In this document: piece after piece, positions 1 to 10,144 of the stretch
Layout: each line of letters opens with the position of its first letter
Numbering within the stretch: position 1 is the stretch's first letter
Assembly (NCBI GenBank): GCA_964500895.1
Contig: CAZCQP010000002.1
Coordinates: 1,812-65,811, forward strand
Direction of reading: 5' to 3'
Source: an uncultured Eubacteriales bacterium
GTDB taxonomy: Bacteria; Bacillota; Clostridia; Lachnospirales; JAISER01
Length of the DNA: 64,000 nt
The notes under the pieces: model-generated
What the model saw: only the letters and a program-made list of their open reading frames with translations
The model's database searches: none
What the model was told of the DNA's origin: nothing
Made by a program: the position numbers and the translations under genes

Positions 1-137
1 GACCGGCCGAGGGCGCGGAAAGTATTGTTACAAGCAAGCCTATCGGCAGGATGGGGAAGCGTTTTTAAGAGACGAAATAGGAAAGAGATTTCGCAGCGAA
101 TCGATTGTTTATATTGTATAAAAATTGAATGAGCCCG

Positions 138-655
138 CTACAGATTATACGCATACGGTTCCGCAAGCCTTGTCAGCCTGGTGATTTCACCGAGTACCAC
201 TTGTTCAAGAAAATCTATGCGTATGTAGTGGGTGGAAATGTAACTAGGCCGTTTGTCGTATTCCCAAGGATTATTACGGTTTTTCTTTGGCGGAACCACA
301 GGCTTAAAGTTTAGAGCCTGTGCTATGTAGCGGGTATAGTCATCTTCCTAGGCTCTATCCATGACCAAAGGTATCACATCTTCTTGTTTGCCGACTGTTT
401 TCGTGAGGATTGTACCCTGTGGTGCATCGTGAAGCTGCCCCTCGCTAATGTAAATGCCATGCCACGGCTGTTTTCTCATTTGCAGACATCATATGGACTT
501 TTGTGGTTAATCCACCCTTTAGAACACTCTATTGCTTGTTTGTCTCTTTTCGCAAGTATCAGGGTGGACTTTGACTACTGTGGAATCCAGAAATAAGGCT
601 TCTGGTTTTATCTTAAGGATGTCCTGTGCATGTAACACCCGAAACAGCTTTTCTT
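138..655 (-). pseudogene. IS5-family DDE transposase remnant (frameshifted, stop-interrupted, N-terminus missing)
   Basis: Minus-strand translation gives LFLDSTVVKVHPD, GGLTTKVH, SEGQLHDAPQG and DDYTRYIAQALNFKPVVPPKKNRNNPWEYDKRPSY. These lie in at least two frames with in-frame stops, and the track has no intact ORF. Confidence 0.55.
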
Positions 656-750
656 ATTTCTGTTCTCGCCCACTACTTTGATTTTGATTATGCTGTTCGC
701 TACTGTTTTAATTACATTTGACTATAAAACAGTGTCTTAATATTTTCTCG

Positions 751-800
751 AAAAAACAGAGCCGCACCACTGCGTCAGGCAGTGGGGGCGGCTCTGTTTT
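751..800 (-). terminator. Rho-independent terminator downstream of mazEF (bidirectional shape)
   Basis: Long GC-rich hairpin cagagccgc...gcggctctg at 757-796, flanked by an A-run (751-756) and a T-run (797-800). Confidence 0.6.
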
Positions 801-840
801 GGTAAAAATGATAATGGTTGGTAAATGAAGAATCTTTTGT

Positions 841-1164
841 TTAAGCATCAGTAACGGTCATAAAGCTGGTAATCAGCTGCATGGCTTTGGCTAACGTTTC
901 GTCGGGCACAGTCTCTACAAATTCGGCATTTCGGGCCAGTATCTCTACTGTTCGGACTTGTTCACACAGAATGCATCCGGTTGTTTGTGTTTGCCCATTT
1001 AGCGGAAGATGGAACGGGTGCTGCTGCTGGGTTTCTGCAATGGGGCAAACAATAGACATTTTACAAAACGTATTAAACGTATCATTGCTGATAACAAGCA
1101 CAGTGCGCTTATCTTTTTGCCTATGCCCCGTGTGTAGTTTGATAATGGACCCTTGTTTCACCAT
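841..1164 (-). CDS. mazF: MazF/PemK-family type II toxin (endoribonuclease)
   Basis: 107 aa. Has the PemK-like pattern (KRTVLVISND, IVCPI, CEQVRTV) and overlaps the upstream antitoxin gene by 7 nt. Confidence 0.8.
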   Translation of the reverse strand: MVKQGSIIKLHTGHRQKDKRTVLVISNDTFNTFCKMSIVCPIAETQQQHPFHLPLNGQTQTTGCILCEQVRTVEILARNAEFVETVPDETLAKAMQLITSFMTVTDA

Positions 1165-1439
1165 GCCTCACTACCTACAGGCTTTCTCCAATCGCCGTCC
1201 ATTGGTGTATTTGGTTGATGGGCCTCTGCCAGTATGCTGGCAATGTCTTTGTTATAGTATTCCTCTAAATACTTTTCAAGGCTGTTATCGGAATGGGTTT
1301 TCGCCTTCCTTATAACAATTGTATTGTCTTCCACCAAAATTTCCACCGTATCATGTTCGGCTAGGTGAATGTTCTCTAAAATGGCTTTGGGCAAACGTAT
1401 ACCGTGGCTGTTCCCCCACTTTTTAATGGTTGTTTTCAT
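1158..1439 (-). CDS. mazE: MazE/AbrB-fold antitoxin
   Basis: 93 aa. N-terminal SpoVT/AbrB motif TIKKWGNSHGIRLPKAIL, with the gene overlapping mazF. Confidence 0.8.
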   Translation of the reverse strand: MKTTIKKWGNSHGIRLPKAILENIHLAEHDTVEILVEDNTIVIRKAKTHSDNSLEKYLEEYYNKDIASILAEAHQPNTPMDGDWRKPVGSEAW

Positions 1440-1467
1440 AGGCGCACATCCTTTTTATGTATAAGGT

Positions 1468-3684
1468 TTATACCGTAAACTCAAAAACCATTTGGGCCAG
1501 CATTTCGGACTGGCTGTTCAGTTCTTGGGCTGCAGCAGCAGATTCCTGGGATGTTGAGGCGTTGTTTTGAACCACCTCTGCAATTTGGTTAATGCCCACG
1601 GTAATTTGGGAAATGCCCTCGGACTGCTCTTTTGTTGCGGTAAAGATGTTGCTGATAATGCCCGAAACATGGTCGATGTCTGATACAATTTGTTGTAGGG
1701 AGTGAGCGGTTAATTGTGCAGTGTTCATGCCGTCGTTAATTTTGCTTATAATGTTTGCAATCATGGCAGAGGTTTCTTGCGCCGCCTGTTGGCTGCGGCC
1801 TGCAAGGGAACGCACTTCCTCGGCAACAACACCAAACCCCTTACCCTGAGCCCCGGCACGTGCCGCCTCTACGGCGGCGTTCAGCGCCAGCAGATTGGTT
1901 TGGAATGCAATGTCGTCAATCACTTTAATGATTTTAGAAATATTGCTTGAGGCATCTTTAATTTCCTGCATAGACGTTAGCATTTTGGTCATTTCGCTGT
2001 TGCCTTCCCGGGCGCTGGTCATGGATTTTTGTGATAAAGCATTGGCTGTTTGGGCATCTTGGGCGGTGCTGTGGGTTTGTTCATTAATGGTGATGACCGA
2101 GGCATTCAGTTCTTCCACAGCGCTGGCCTGCATACTGGCACCGTTGGCCAGGTCCATGGAAGATTCAGAAATTTGCTTGGCACCACTTAAAACGTTTTCT
2201 GCCGAAGCTTTAATATCGCTGATGGTGGAGCGAAGGGTGCAAGAAATATGGTTAATGGATTTCTTGATGAAATCAAACTGCCCCACATAATCACGTTGGA
2301 TAGACGCCCTTAAATCGCCTGCGGCTAGGGTGCCCAACACTTGTGTCATTTCATTAATATATGCACCGGTAGCTTTCACCATGGTATCGAAAGAATTGGC
2401 CATTTCGGCAAAGCTGCCTTGGTGGTTTTTGTTAATGCTTACGTCAAAGTTGCCCTGGGAAAGCTGGGACAACACCTGGTTGGCCTCATGGATAGGGGTG
2501 TTAACCGCTTGCAGCAGGTTGTTTAAGCCCTGGGTTAGGGCGTTCCAGTCACCGTTATATTTGCTGGCATCTACCTGTGTGTCCAGCTGGCCGCTCATGG
2601 CGGCGTTAATCAAAGCGTTGATGTCACCGCTGACGGATGAAAGGTTGCTTTGCAGTTCTTCAAAATACTGGTTGGCAATGGCTTTTTTCCCGGGTAATTG
2701 GGCAAGCTGGGTATTAAAATCCCCTTCGCCAAATTTGCTAAAGGCTTCCAGCACATGCATGTGGTCGTTTACCAGGGCAGATACAGTGTTGTTGATGGCG
2801 CTGGCTACATTTTGATATTCTCCGTCAAACACATCTTCCGGGATTCTGGCGTCTAGGTCACCTTTTTCCAATTCGCCGGACATCCAGTTAATTTTATTCA
2901 TCAGCAAGAAGATAATATCCCGAAGTCTTATAAAGGACTGTGCCAGCATACCAATTTCATCGTTGCTTTGGTAATTGATGCTGACGTTTAAGTCGCCTTG
3001 GGACATTTTCTGCGCCACATCTTCTAATACCTTCACCGGTGTTTGAATGGATTTGGTTATGAGATAAACCATGCCAATAACCAGCAGCATTCCAGCGCCT
3101 AAAACGCCAATGACTACCCCTATGGCAAAAATGTATGTACTGTGGGCCATGCTCGTTTGTTCGGCGGTTTCAGCATCCTGTGCGGCAGTCATTTCAGTTA
3201 GAACGCTGGCGGCATTGTCTATAGCCGGGGCATACTGGGCCGAAAATATGGCTGTGCCTTCATTCAAAGATTCCACTGTATTTTCTAGGGCCAGGGCATA
3301 AATTTGCTCCCGATAGGGCTTAGCTTCATTAACAATTTTCTCGAACTTGTCAAAGTAAGACGGGTCTAGTTGTGTATTGGCCTTATATGCCTCAACCGCT
3401 GTCATCATATCCGTCCGAGCCTGGTCTGCAGCAGCCATGGCTTGCTTGATTTGCTCTGGATCTGAAACCACAAGGGTTAAAAGTATATTTTTCTGTATTG
3501 CCAACATGTGCCTGCGGATTTGCCAGATGTAGCCCGTGTTTGGGACTGTTTCAAAAGCAAACTGATCTGCAACTTTGGCCATTTTGTTCACGCAAAAAAA
3601 TGCCGATATGCCAAGAATGACAAGCATTGCAAAGACGGTACCAAAGCCAACCATCAATTTTGATTTGATTCTTAAATTTTTCAT
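1468..3684 (-). CDS. Methyl-accepting chemotaxis protein with multiple HAMP-like repeats
   Basis: 738 aa. Has an N-terminal TM, a second TM, repeated HAMP-like segments and a C-terminal signalling domain (AFQTNLLALNAAVEAARAGAQGKGFGVVAEEVRSLA). Confidence 0.9.
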   Translation of the reverse strand: MKNLRIKSKLMVGFGTVFAMLVILGISAFFCVNKMAKVADQFAFETVPNTGYIWQIRRHMLAIQKNILLTLVVSDPEQIKQAMAAADQARTDMMTAVEAYKANTQLDPSYFDKFEKIVNEAKPYREQIYALALENTVESLNEGTAIFSAQYAPAIDNAASVLTEMTAAQDAETAEQTSMAHSTYIFAIGVVIGVLGAGMLLVIGMVYLITKSIQTPVKVLEDVAQKMSQGDLNVSINYQSNDEIGMLAQSFIRLRDIIFLLMNKINWMSGELEKGDLDARIPEDVFDGEYQNVASAINNTVSALVNDHMHVLEAFSKFGEGDFNTQLAQLPGKKAIANQYFEELQSNLSSVSGDINALINAAMSGQLDTQVDASKYNGDWNALTQGLNNLLQAVNTPIHEANQVLSQLSQGNFDVSINKNHQGSFAEMANSFDTMVKATGAYINEMTQVLGTLAAGDLRASIQRDYVGQFDFIKKSINHISCTLRSTISDIKASAENVLSGAKQISESSMDLANGASMQASAVEELNASVITINEQTHSTAQDAQTANALSQKSMTSAREGNSEMTKMLTSMQEIKDASSNISKIIKVIDDIAFQTNLLALNAAVEAARAGAQGKGFGVVAEEVRSLAGRSQQAAQETSAMIANIISKINDGMNTAQLTAHSLQQIVSDIDHVSGIISNIFTATKEQSEGISQITVGINQIAEVVQNNASTSQESAAAAQELNSQSEMLAQMVFEFTV

Positions 3685-4226
3685 TCCCTTCCACCCTTAT
3701 ATGTTTATTTGACAGCATTGTAAACTACCTGATGACTACACTGCATACTGATTTGACCATATGAACCCTTTAAACGCAAAAAGCCAATCACGGTTTTTTG
3801 CACAGTTCAAAAAATGCCGGATTAGCCGTAAAAGATTAGCAAAGAATGTGTAGTATGTTTGCCGTCTTATTGAGCAGCAGACTGTAATTTGTATTTAATT
3901 TCACCGTCATTCCCCTAAATCACGTCTTGCGATACATTATAGCACGTTAAATTGTGTACTTCAACATACCCTGCTAAAATTCACATTCTTTCACACCATA
4001 AAAGATGCCCAAGTGTGAATACAAAATTTGTTTTTTACTTTTAGAACAGTATCTATATTTGAAATATAAATCCAATAATGTTTTTATTTAATTAGGATTT
4101 TGAATTAGATTTTACCCTATGCATACATTTGGGAATGTGCTATAATCCCATGGATAAACAATTGATAAACACAAGGTTTGTTTTATAAAAAATGCATTGG
4201 TGTGATTAACTTAAAATAAAGAGGGG

Positions 4227-5759
4227 ATGGGTATGCCTAAAAAGCAACTGACCAACCTTGGGGTATTAATGGATTTATTAAACATTTCCACCGTGGAATT
4301 GTCTAAGGCCATTGCTATTGAACGCAGCTCCATCAGCAAATGGCGCCACGGTGCCACTAAAATATTAGCGGATATGCCCTATTTTGAAGAATTGGTCAGT
4401 TATATGGTGCAAAAAAACAAACGCATGGGCAATGAATTGCTAGAGAACTTTTTTGAAAGCGTTTATCCTGTGAAGAAACGTTTACATAAGGAATATTTAA
4501 AAAGATGCATTCGTGCTTACCTATTAGATATACCGGATGCAAAAGTATCGGATACGGCTGCAAAACATCAGTTGTCCATCACCAATACCAATACCTCTAT
4601 GATTGTGACCAAGCAAACCGGCGCAACAGGCCGGTTGGAGATGTTTATTGGGTTACTTACAGATGCTGAAAAATTAACCGAACCTTCTGTCATTAGAATA
4701 TTTGAAGCCGAGCAGCTTGAATGGATTTCATGTAACATGCACAATGCGGTTACCTTTTACCAAAAGATTAAAAGTGTTTTAAATGCGGGGCATAAAATAG
4801 AATTTATTTTTCAGGTGCGCTGGGGGCAGGTACCGTCTTTAGAGCTGCACCAAATTTTTTTAGAGCTTATCTTTCATGAAAAGCTGTCTGTTTTTGTTTT
4901 TACATCCAAGGCAAACAAAAACTATATTGGCAGCATGTATATATTGTCTGGGCATACGGCCGTTTTCGGTTTTTATTTCGATGACAATCTGGACAACATG
5001 CTCAGTTACCAGTACACTGACAAGCAGCTTATAGTAGGATGTGAGGCTATACTGGAAAAATATAAAGAGACAGCCCCTCAAGTGATTGTCACCAACAAAC
5101 GGTCTGATTGGGAGAAAATGTTGAATAATATTCATGCCGTTAGATACAGAAGCGGCGCATATTTTCAATCAGGTAAATCCCTCTGCCTATGTACCATGAG
5201 CAAAGCATTGCTGGACGAAATATTGGAAGCCAACAATCTAACCAATGAGCGAAAGCAGCTTTGTTATGATTTTTACTACACGTTTAGGGAAATTGTGGAG
5301 TGCTGCGCCCCAGACCCGGCCAGCGGCTTTTATTACATTTTAGATGAAATTACAGCTCCTTTGGCTTACCCTGTCATTACAAACTACGTGTTATCTGCCA
5401 TCACCGGGCGGCTGGTGCAAATGAGCCGTACACAATATATGCAGCATTTCAAAGACACCGCCGAAATTTTGTTGGCGAAAAAAGAGTATCGGGTTTTGCT
5501 GCACCATACCGCCATTCCTACCATTGTGCCCATATCGTACCCAAAGTCTGTCTGGTACAAAAACGATTGCTGGACGCTTGCCATCAACACGGACAGTTAC
5601 TCTGGAAAGACCAAATTTGTGTACGGCGAAAATATGAAGACCTCTAATGTCTTTGAGTGTTGGTTTCTGGACATTTTGGAGAAAATTCCTGAGCACAAAA
5701 AAGATAACGCCTTTGTGGCGGACCTTTTTATGAAAATTGCAAACGGCCAAAAGGTGTAG
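4227..5759 (+). CDS. Uncharacterised 510-aa protein with N-terminal XRE-like helix-turn-helix
   Basis: The N-terminus LNISTVELSKAIAIERSSISKWRHG is HTH-like and I do not recognise the remainder. RBS agagggga lies upstream, so the start may be the ATG at 4233. Confidence 0.6.
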   Translation: MGMPKKQLTNLGVLMDLLNISTVELSKAIAIERSSISKWRHGATKILADMPYFEELVSYMVQKNKRMGNELLENFFESVYPVKKRLHKEYLKRCIRAYLLDIPDAKVSDTAAKHQLSITNTNTSMIVTKQTGATGRLEMFIGLLTDAEKLTEPSVIRIFEAEQLEWISCNMHNAVTFYQKIKSVLNAGHKIEFIFQVRWGQVPSLELHQIFLELIFHEKLSVFVFTSKANKNYIGSMYILSGHTAVFGFYFDDNLDNMLSYQYTDKQLIVGCEAILEKYKETAPQVIVTNKRSDWEKMLNNIHAVRYRSGAYFQSGKSLCLCTMSKALLDEILEANNLTNERKQLCYDFYYTFREIVECCAPDPASGFYYILDEITAPLAYPVITNYVLSAITGRLVQMSRTQYMQHFKDTAEILLAKKEYRVLLHHTAIPTIVPISYPKSVWYKNDCWTLAINTDSYSGKTKFVYGENMKTSNVFECWFLDILEKIPEHKKDNAFVADLFMKIANGQKV

Positions 5760-5775
5760 GTTTCTTTTTGGCCAT

Positions 5776-5819
5776 AAAAAATCCCTCCATGCGGCTTTTT
5801 GCCTAAAGAGGGATTTTTT
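5776..5819. terminator. Bidirectional hairpin terminator between convergent genes
   Basis: aaaaaatccctc...gagggatttttt is a 12-bp stem whose arms include the A-run and T-run. Confidence 0.6.
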
Positions 5820-5860
5820 ATGCATAACTTGAGGCGTTTTTACGATACTTAGGCCTACAT

Positions 5861-7279
5861 TTAACTGTTGCGCCGTTTCATCCACACCACCAGCCCAGCG
5901 GCCAAAATGGCCCCGGGCAGCACCAGAATGCTTATGGATCCCAGCACCAACACGCTGGCCTGGTTTACCATCAACACCTCTGAATTGGCGGTTTTGGGTG
6001 GAATATATACCGCTTCCCCTTTGTCTTGCAGCCAGTTAACGGCACTTAACAAAAAGCGATAATTGCCGTCCCCTACATAACTGTTCACAGATTCTTCCAA
6101 AATGTAGCTGTTACCCACCACCATCAGCTTGGTGTTATCCGTGGTGTTTCCTGTACCTTCCTTGCGCACCGCCATGGCCAGCACAAAGGGGCCGTCTGTG
6201 TCTCCGGTTTCCTTGCTGATGGACTGCATGTTGGGGCTGGTTTTGGCATACGCTTTCTGGGTGGTTTCCAGTACCGGTTCAAGGGTTACCCCTGTGGGCA
6301 TGGTGTCTGTTTGGGCCACCCCTTGGGCATAAGGCATGAGCACCCGGTAAGAACCTTTCACCATGTCTCCCGCAGCGGCGGTCTGGCCGATAAGGGGCAA
6401 AATGTTTAAAGGGTTGCCCTGCACGTACTGGTTGGGGTCACCTTCTGCCAAGAATGCCCCCCCTTGTTTCACCCCGTACTGGGCCAGCACCCCGGCTAGA
6501 TTGTCCATGGGCCGTTCTAAATGGTCCAAAAGGAACAGCCCTCTTCCCCCGGCTTTGAAATACGCCGATGCTTTCTGAGCTTCCTCTGCCGTCCAGTCTG
6601 TGGCTGGGGTGGTCACCAGTAGCATTCCGCAGTCCGCCGGCACTGCTTCTTTAAACAAATCCACATACAACAGTTCAAAACCGGCCATTTCCAGCCGCCC
6701 TTTAAACTGCTCCGGCAAAGGCACCTCTTCGTGGCCTGTTACCGCATACACCACCGGCGCTTGGGTTAAAGTCACATACACAATGGCGTTGGACACTTGG
6801 GGCTCTACATCTACGCTGACAATTTCCTGCTGAAACGTTTGCATGTTCAGTTCGGCCGTTACCAGGCTGGATGCCGCAATCACCTTTTCCCGCTGGCCAC
6901 TTTTAACAATGATGCTGCCCGGGGCAATTTCCTCCCCGGCTTTTTGAAACTGTGCCGCAAACTGGGGGTTGGTGAGGGGGTCTACAGCCGTCACCTTCAC
7001 ATGGGAAGAATAAGCCGCATATTGGCTCAACATTTCCCGGGCCATATCCATCACCGTGCTTTTGTCTTCATTAAAAAAGAGGGGATAGATCTCTACATCC
7101 TGGGTTAAACCGTCCAAAATGTCTTTTGTTCCTTGGGAAATGGAATACCATTTGTCTTGGGTTAAATCGTAACGCCAATCCAGCTGGGCAACCACCACAT
7201 TCACAGCCACCAGCGCCGCCAGCGCAAACAACAGGAAAGGCCCGGAAACCCCTTTCATTTTAAATGGTAAATTTTTCAT
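5861..7279 (-). CDS. GldG-like ABC transporter auxiliary/substrate-binding component
   Basis: The ORF track gives 5861-7405. I prefer the start at MKNLPFKM (7279), which abuts the stop of the upstream permease gene. Has N- and C-terminal TM helices and the DLTQDKWYSISQGTKDIL motif typical of ABC_transp_aux. Confidence 0.7.
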   Translation of the reverse strand: MKNLPFKMKGVSGPFLLFALAALVAVNVVVAQLDWRYDLTQDKWYSISQGTKDILDGLTQDVEIYPLFFNEDKSTVMDMAREMLSQYAAYSSHVKVTAVDPLTNPQFAAQFQKAGEEIAPGSIIVKSGQREKVIAASSLVTAELNMQTFQQEIVSVDVEPQVSNAIVYVTLTQAPVVYAVTGHEEVPLPEQFKGRLEMAGFELLYVDLFKEAVPADCGMLLVTTPATDWTAEEAQKASAYFKAGGRGLFLLDHLERPMDNLAGVLAQYGVKQGGAFLAEGDPNQYVQGNPLNILPLIGQTAAAGDMVKGSYRVLMPYAQGVAQTDTMPTGVTLEPVLETTQKAYAKTSPNMQSISKETGDTDGPFVLAMAVRKEGTGNTTDNTKLMVVGNSYILEESVNSYVGDGNYRFLLSAVNWLQDKGEAVYIPPKTANSEVLMVNQASVLVLGSISILVLPGAILAAGLVVWMKRRNS

Positions 7280-7280
7280 G

Positions 7281-8153
7281 TTATCGGCCCCCTTTCCGGC
7301 TTTTGTTTTCCAGCACGTAAATGGCGCCAAGCACAAAGGCCGCAGAAAAACTGATGTAGTAAACCAAGTCCGCCCCGTTGAGCACCCCTTTGAAGAAGTT
7401 TTCAAAACGGGTCATAATGGAAAACCAGCTGAAAATTTTAACCAGCAGCCCTTCAAAGTAATCCGGCTTTAACACAAACAAAGCGCCACAAACCCCGGCC
7501 CCTAACGCCAGCAATACCAACGCAGGCCACAGGCTTTTAGATGCTTCATATAAATGGTAAGCCAAAAACAGCAAAAACGCCGCCACCACCACCAACGCCG
7601 CCGCTTTATCTCTGGGCAAAGCACTAATCAGCGCCGGCATGATGTAAAACAGAAACAGTGCGCCAAAAGCACCCACCGCCGCCACCATAGGGTTGTGGGT
7701 TAATGTAGAGATAAACAGCCCCACGCTAATAAATGCAATACCCAGCAGCAGAAAGCCCATATACGTACCCACAATCTGGGGGGTAGGCAGTTTGCCAAAA
7801 GCTGAGGCACACAAAGGAAAAATGACCGTCACGGCAACGGCTATGGCAAACAAAGCCACCGCCGCCACAAACTTGCCCAGCACAATTTGCCAAGTGCGCA
7901 GGGGGGATGTGAACAGCAAATAGTCCGTTTTAAGCTTGGCTTCTTCTGCAAACATACCCATGGTAAGCATGGGCATTACAATAAGCAGCACTATGGTGGA
8001 AGCGGACAACACGCTGGAGTATTCTGGGGAAGCGGAAAACAGGCACACCGCCGTGAAAAAAACCGCCGTCACCAGCACCAAAAAGCTGATGAACACATAA
8101 CCCGTCATGGTGGTGAAATAGCTGTGCAGTTCTTTTTTAATCATGGTTTTCAT
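7281..8153 (-). CDS. ABC-2 type transporter permease (GldF-like)
   Basis: 290 aa polytopic membrane protein, in an operon with the ATPase and the GldG-like gene. Confidence 0.75.
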   Translation of the reverse strand: MKTMIKKELHSYFTTMTGYVFISFLVLVTAVFFTAVCLFSASPEYSSVLSASTIVLLIVMPMLTMGMFAEEAKLKTDYLLFTSPLRTWQIVLGKFVAAVALFAIAVAVTVIFPLCASAFGKLPTPQIVGTYMGFLLLGIAFISVGLFISTLTHNPMVAAVGAFGALFLFYIMPALISALPRDKAAALVVVAAFLLFLAYHLYEASKSLWPALVLLALGAGVCGALFVLKPDYFEGLLVKIFSWFSIMTRFENFFKGVLNGADLVYYISFSAAFVLGAIYVLENKSRKGGR

Positions 8154-9135
8154 GGATTTCCGCCTCCTCTCCCGTTTCTTGGGTTGCCTCTGCTTGCTGC
8201 TCTTTTTCCGTCATTTGCAGGAAGATTTCTTCCAGGGTTAAATCCACTGGTTTCATAAGCATAATGGGCAGGTTGTGCTGGGCCAGGCAGCCAAACACCG
8301 CTTCCCGCACATCTGCTTGATCATTCCCCCAAATGAAAACATCCCAGGTGTCTGTTTCGTATACAGCGTCAAAGGTGGCTTCTTTAATGGTGGGGCAGCT
8401 TTCCAAGGCCTGGGCAATGGCGTTTTGGTCGCCTTTAATGCGCACCAGCAGCTTATGCCCCCGGTTTAAGCTTTCAGACAGCTTCTTGGGGGTGTCTACC
8501 GCCACAATTTTGCCCTGGTTAATGATGATGACCCGGTCACATAAGGCGCTGATTTCCGATAGAATGTGAGAGCTTAAAAACACGGTGCGGTCTTTGCCAA
8601 AGGCTTTTAGCATGTCCCGCAGCTCCATCATCTGCTTAGGGTCGAAACCCACCCCAGGCTCGTCCAAAATAAGCACTTTCGGGTCGCCCACCATAGCCTG
8701 CGCCAAACCCGCCCGCTGGCGGTAACCTTTAGACAAATTTTTAAGCAGCCGCCCAGAAACTTCGGTGAGGTGTACCATTTCTTTTATGTGAGACAGCATG
8801 TCCACCCGAGCCGCTCCCTTGGGCACCCCTTTCATGTCTGCCACAAAGTTTAAATATTCGTCCACTTTCATGTCTGGGTAAAGGGGCGGTACGTCTGGCA
8901 GATAGCCCATGCAGGCTTTGGCTTTCGCTGGTTCTTCCTGCATGTTAATGCCGTTAATAAAAACTTGCCCGGTGGTGGGGGCACTGTAGCCGGTTAAAAG
9001 TTTCATGGTGGTGGTTTTGCCTGCCCCGTTGGGGCCAACAAAACCCACAATTTCTCCTTCTTCAATTTGGAAACTTACGTGGCGCAAAGCCAACTGGCGC
9101 CCGTAACGCTTGCTCAAATTTCTGGCTTCTATCAA
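8137..9135 (-). CDS. ABC transporter ATP-binding protein (GldA-like)
   Basis: Walker A GPNGAGKTT, signature LSKGYRQR and Walker B LILDEP. Confidence 0.9.
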   Translation of the reverse strand: MIEARNLSKRYGRQLALRHVSFQIEEGEIVGFVGPNGAGKTTTMKLLTGYSAPTTGQVFINGINMQEEPAKAKACMGYLPDVPPLYPDMKVDEYLNFVADMKGVPKGAARVDMLSHIKEMVHLTEVSGRLLKNLSKGYRQRAGLAQAMVGDPKVLILDEPGVGFDPKQMMELRDMLKAFGKDRTVFLSSHILSEISALCDRVIIINQGKIVAVDTPKKLSESLNRGHKLLVRIKGDQNAIAQALESCPTIKEATFDAVYETDTWDVFIWGNDQADVREAVFGCLAQHNLPIMLMKPVDLTLEEIFLQMTEKEQQAEATQETGEEAEIHENHD

Positions 9136-9180
9136 CGTTATTTCCCTCCAACATCAATGATATTAAGCCATCATACATGA

Positions 9181-9210
9181 AAAAAAAGGCAAGCGCAAGG
9201 GCGCTTTTGC
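9181..9210 (-). terminator. Putative terminator after the M15 peptidase gene
   Basis: A-run at 9181-9187 followed by hairpin gcaagcgc-aagg-gcgcttttgc, which reads as hairpin plus T-run on the minus strand. Confidence 0.4.
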
Positions 9211-9217
9211 ATAAATT

Positions 9218-9676
9218 TTACGCATTATTGCTGCTTTTTCGTGCTTTTTCCCAAGGCCAAGGGTCGTCTGGCGGCATTTTACCTTGTTGCAGTTCCCGTA
9301 TGGTAAGCCCGCCAGACCATTGAAAATGGGGCATATCCACCAGGGTTTCCCAGTTTCCGCCCCACTCCAGCCCCAGCTCTTGCCCCATATGCCCTGCAAG
9401 GGTTAAAATGGCTTTATAATGCACGCTTCCGGTGATGTGGTAATAAACATCAAAGGCCAGCCCATAATTATGAAAACTTTCCCCGCCCCGGGCGTTGGTG
9501 ATGATGCGGCCCGGTATGTCACGCCCATGCTTGTACAAGGCATCTTGGCTTTCAAAGTCCCGGTAAGTGGAGCTTAGGCCAAGGTGATGCCCCATGTCTT
9601 CCATGCGCCGCAAAAGTTCTGCCGCTGCCCGTTGCATTGGGGGGTATAAATCTGTTATGCTATTGCTGTTTACCAT
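9218..9676 (-). CDS. Peptidase M15 (CwlK/VanY-like cell-wall endopeptidase), no signal peptide
   Basis: Motifs SFHNYGLAFDV and LEWGGNW...DMPHF are typical of the Zn-dependent D-Ala-D-Ala carboxypeptidase/L-Ala-D-Glu endopeptidase fold. Confidence 0.75.
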   Translation of the reverse strand: MVNSNSITDLYPPMQRAAAELLRRMEDMGHHLGLSSTYRDFESQDALYKHGRDIPGRIITNARGGESFHNYGLAFDVYYHITGSVHYKAILTLAGHMGQELGLEWGGNWETLVDMPHFQWSGGLTIRELQQGKMPPDDPWPWEKARKSSNNA

Positions 9677-9688
9677 GCGTTCTCCTCC

Positions 9689-9952
9689 TTACTGGTTAAT
9701 GGTAAAGACATTTTGGCCCTCTGTGCTAATTGTAAAGACCATGGTTGTGGTGGGGTTAATGAAAATACTTAACTGTATGGCAGCAGCATCTTTACGGTTT
9801 CCTGGGTCATAATCTACATTGTAGGGAATGCCGTATTGCATTAAAAGGCTTGTTAAAATGCTGAGTTTACAAAAAGACAGATTACCGTTTAGCAACTGCC
9901 GAAATAAATCTATGGAAAACAAAGCGGATATTTGACTGTCAAATATCGACAT
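9689..9952 (-). CDS. Hypothetical 87-aa protein
   Basis: ORF only. Lies 12 nt upstream of the M15 peptidase gene on the same strand, with no recognisable motif. Confidence 0.35.
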   Translation of the reverse strand: MSIFDSQISALFSIDLFRQLLNGNLSFCKLSILTSLLMQYGIPYNVDYDPGNRKDAAAIQLSIFINPTTTMVFTISTEGQNVFTINQ

Positions 9953-10144
9953 AAAAACCGCTCCTTTCTGTATATCTCTTTATCATATGCGAGGGGTGGA
10001 CGGTTGGTGTCCACACTGAAAGAGTCTTGTTTAAAAGTATTGCGCACAAATATTTACGTCTTGTGACATCTTTATAGGGTGGATGAAAAGGCAAGGGCAA
10101 GCAAAGCCCTTGTTTCCCAACGGTGATGGCATTTTTGCCCATCC

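Noticed and set aside
1714-3301. Several plus-strand ORFs (61-161 aa) within the chemoreceptor locus.
   Set aside because: They are antisense to a well-supported 738-aa MCP gene and are typical shadow ORFs. The same applies to antisense ORFs inside nrdJ, hutU, hutH, argG/H, serA and the SARP gene.
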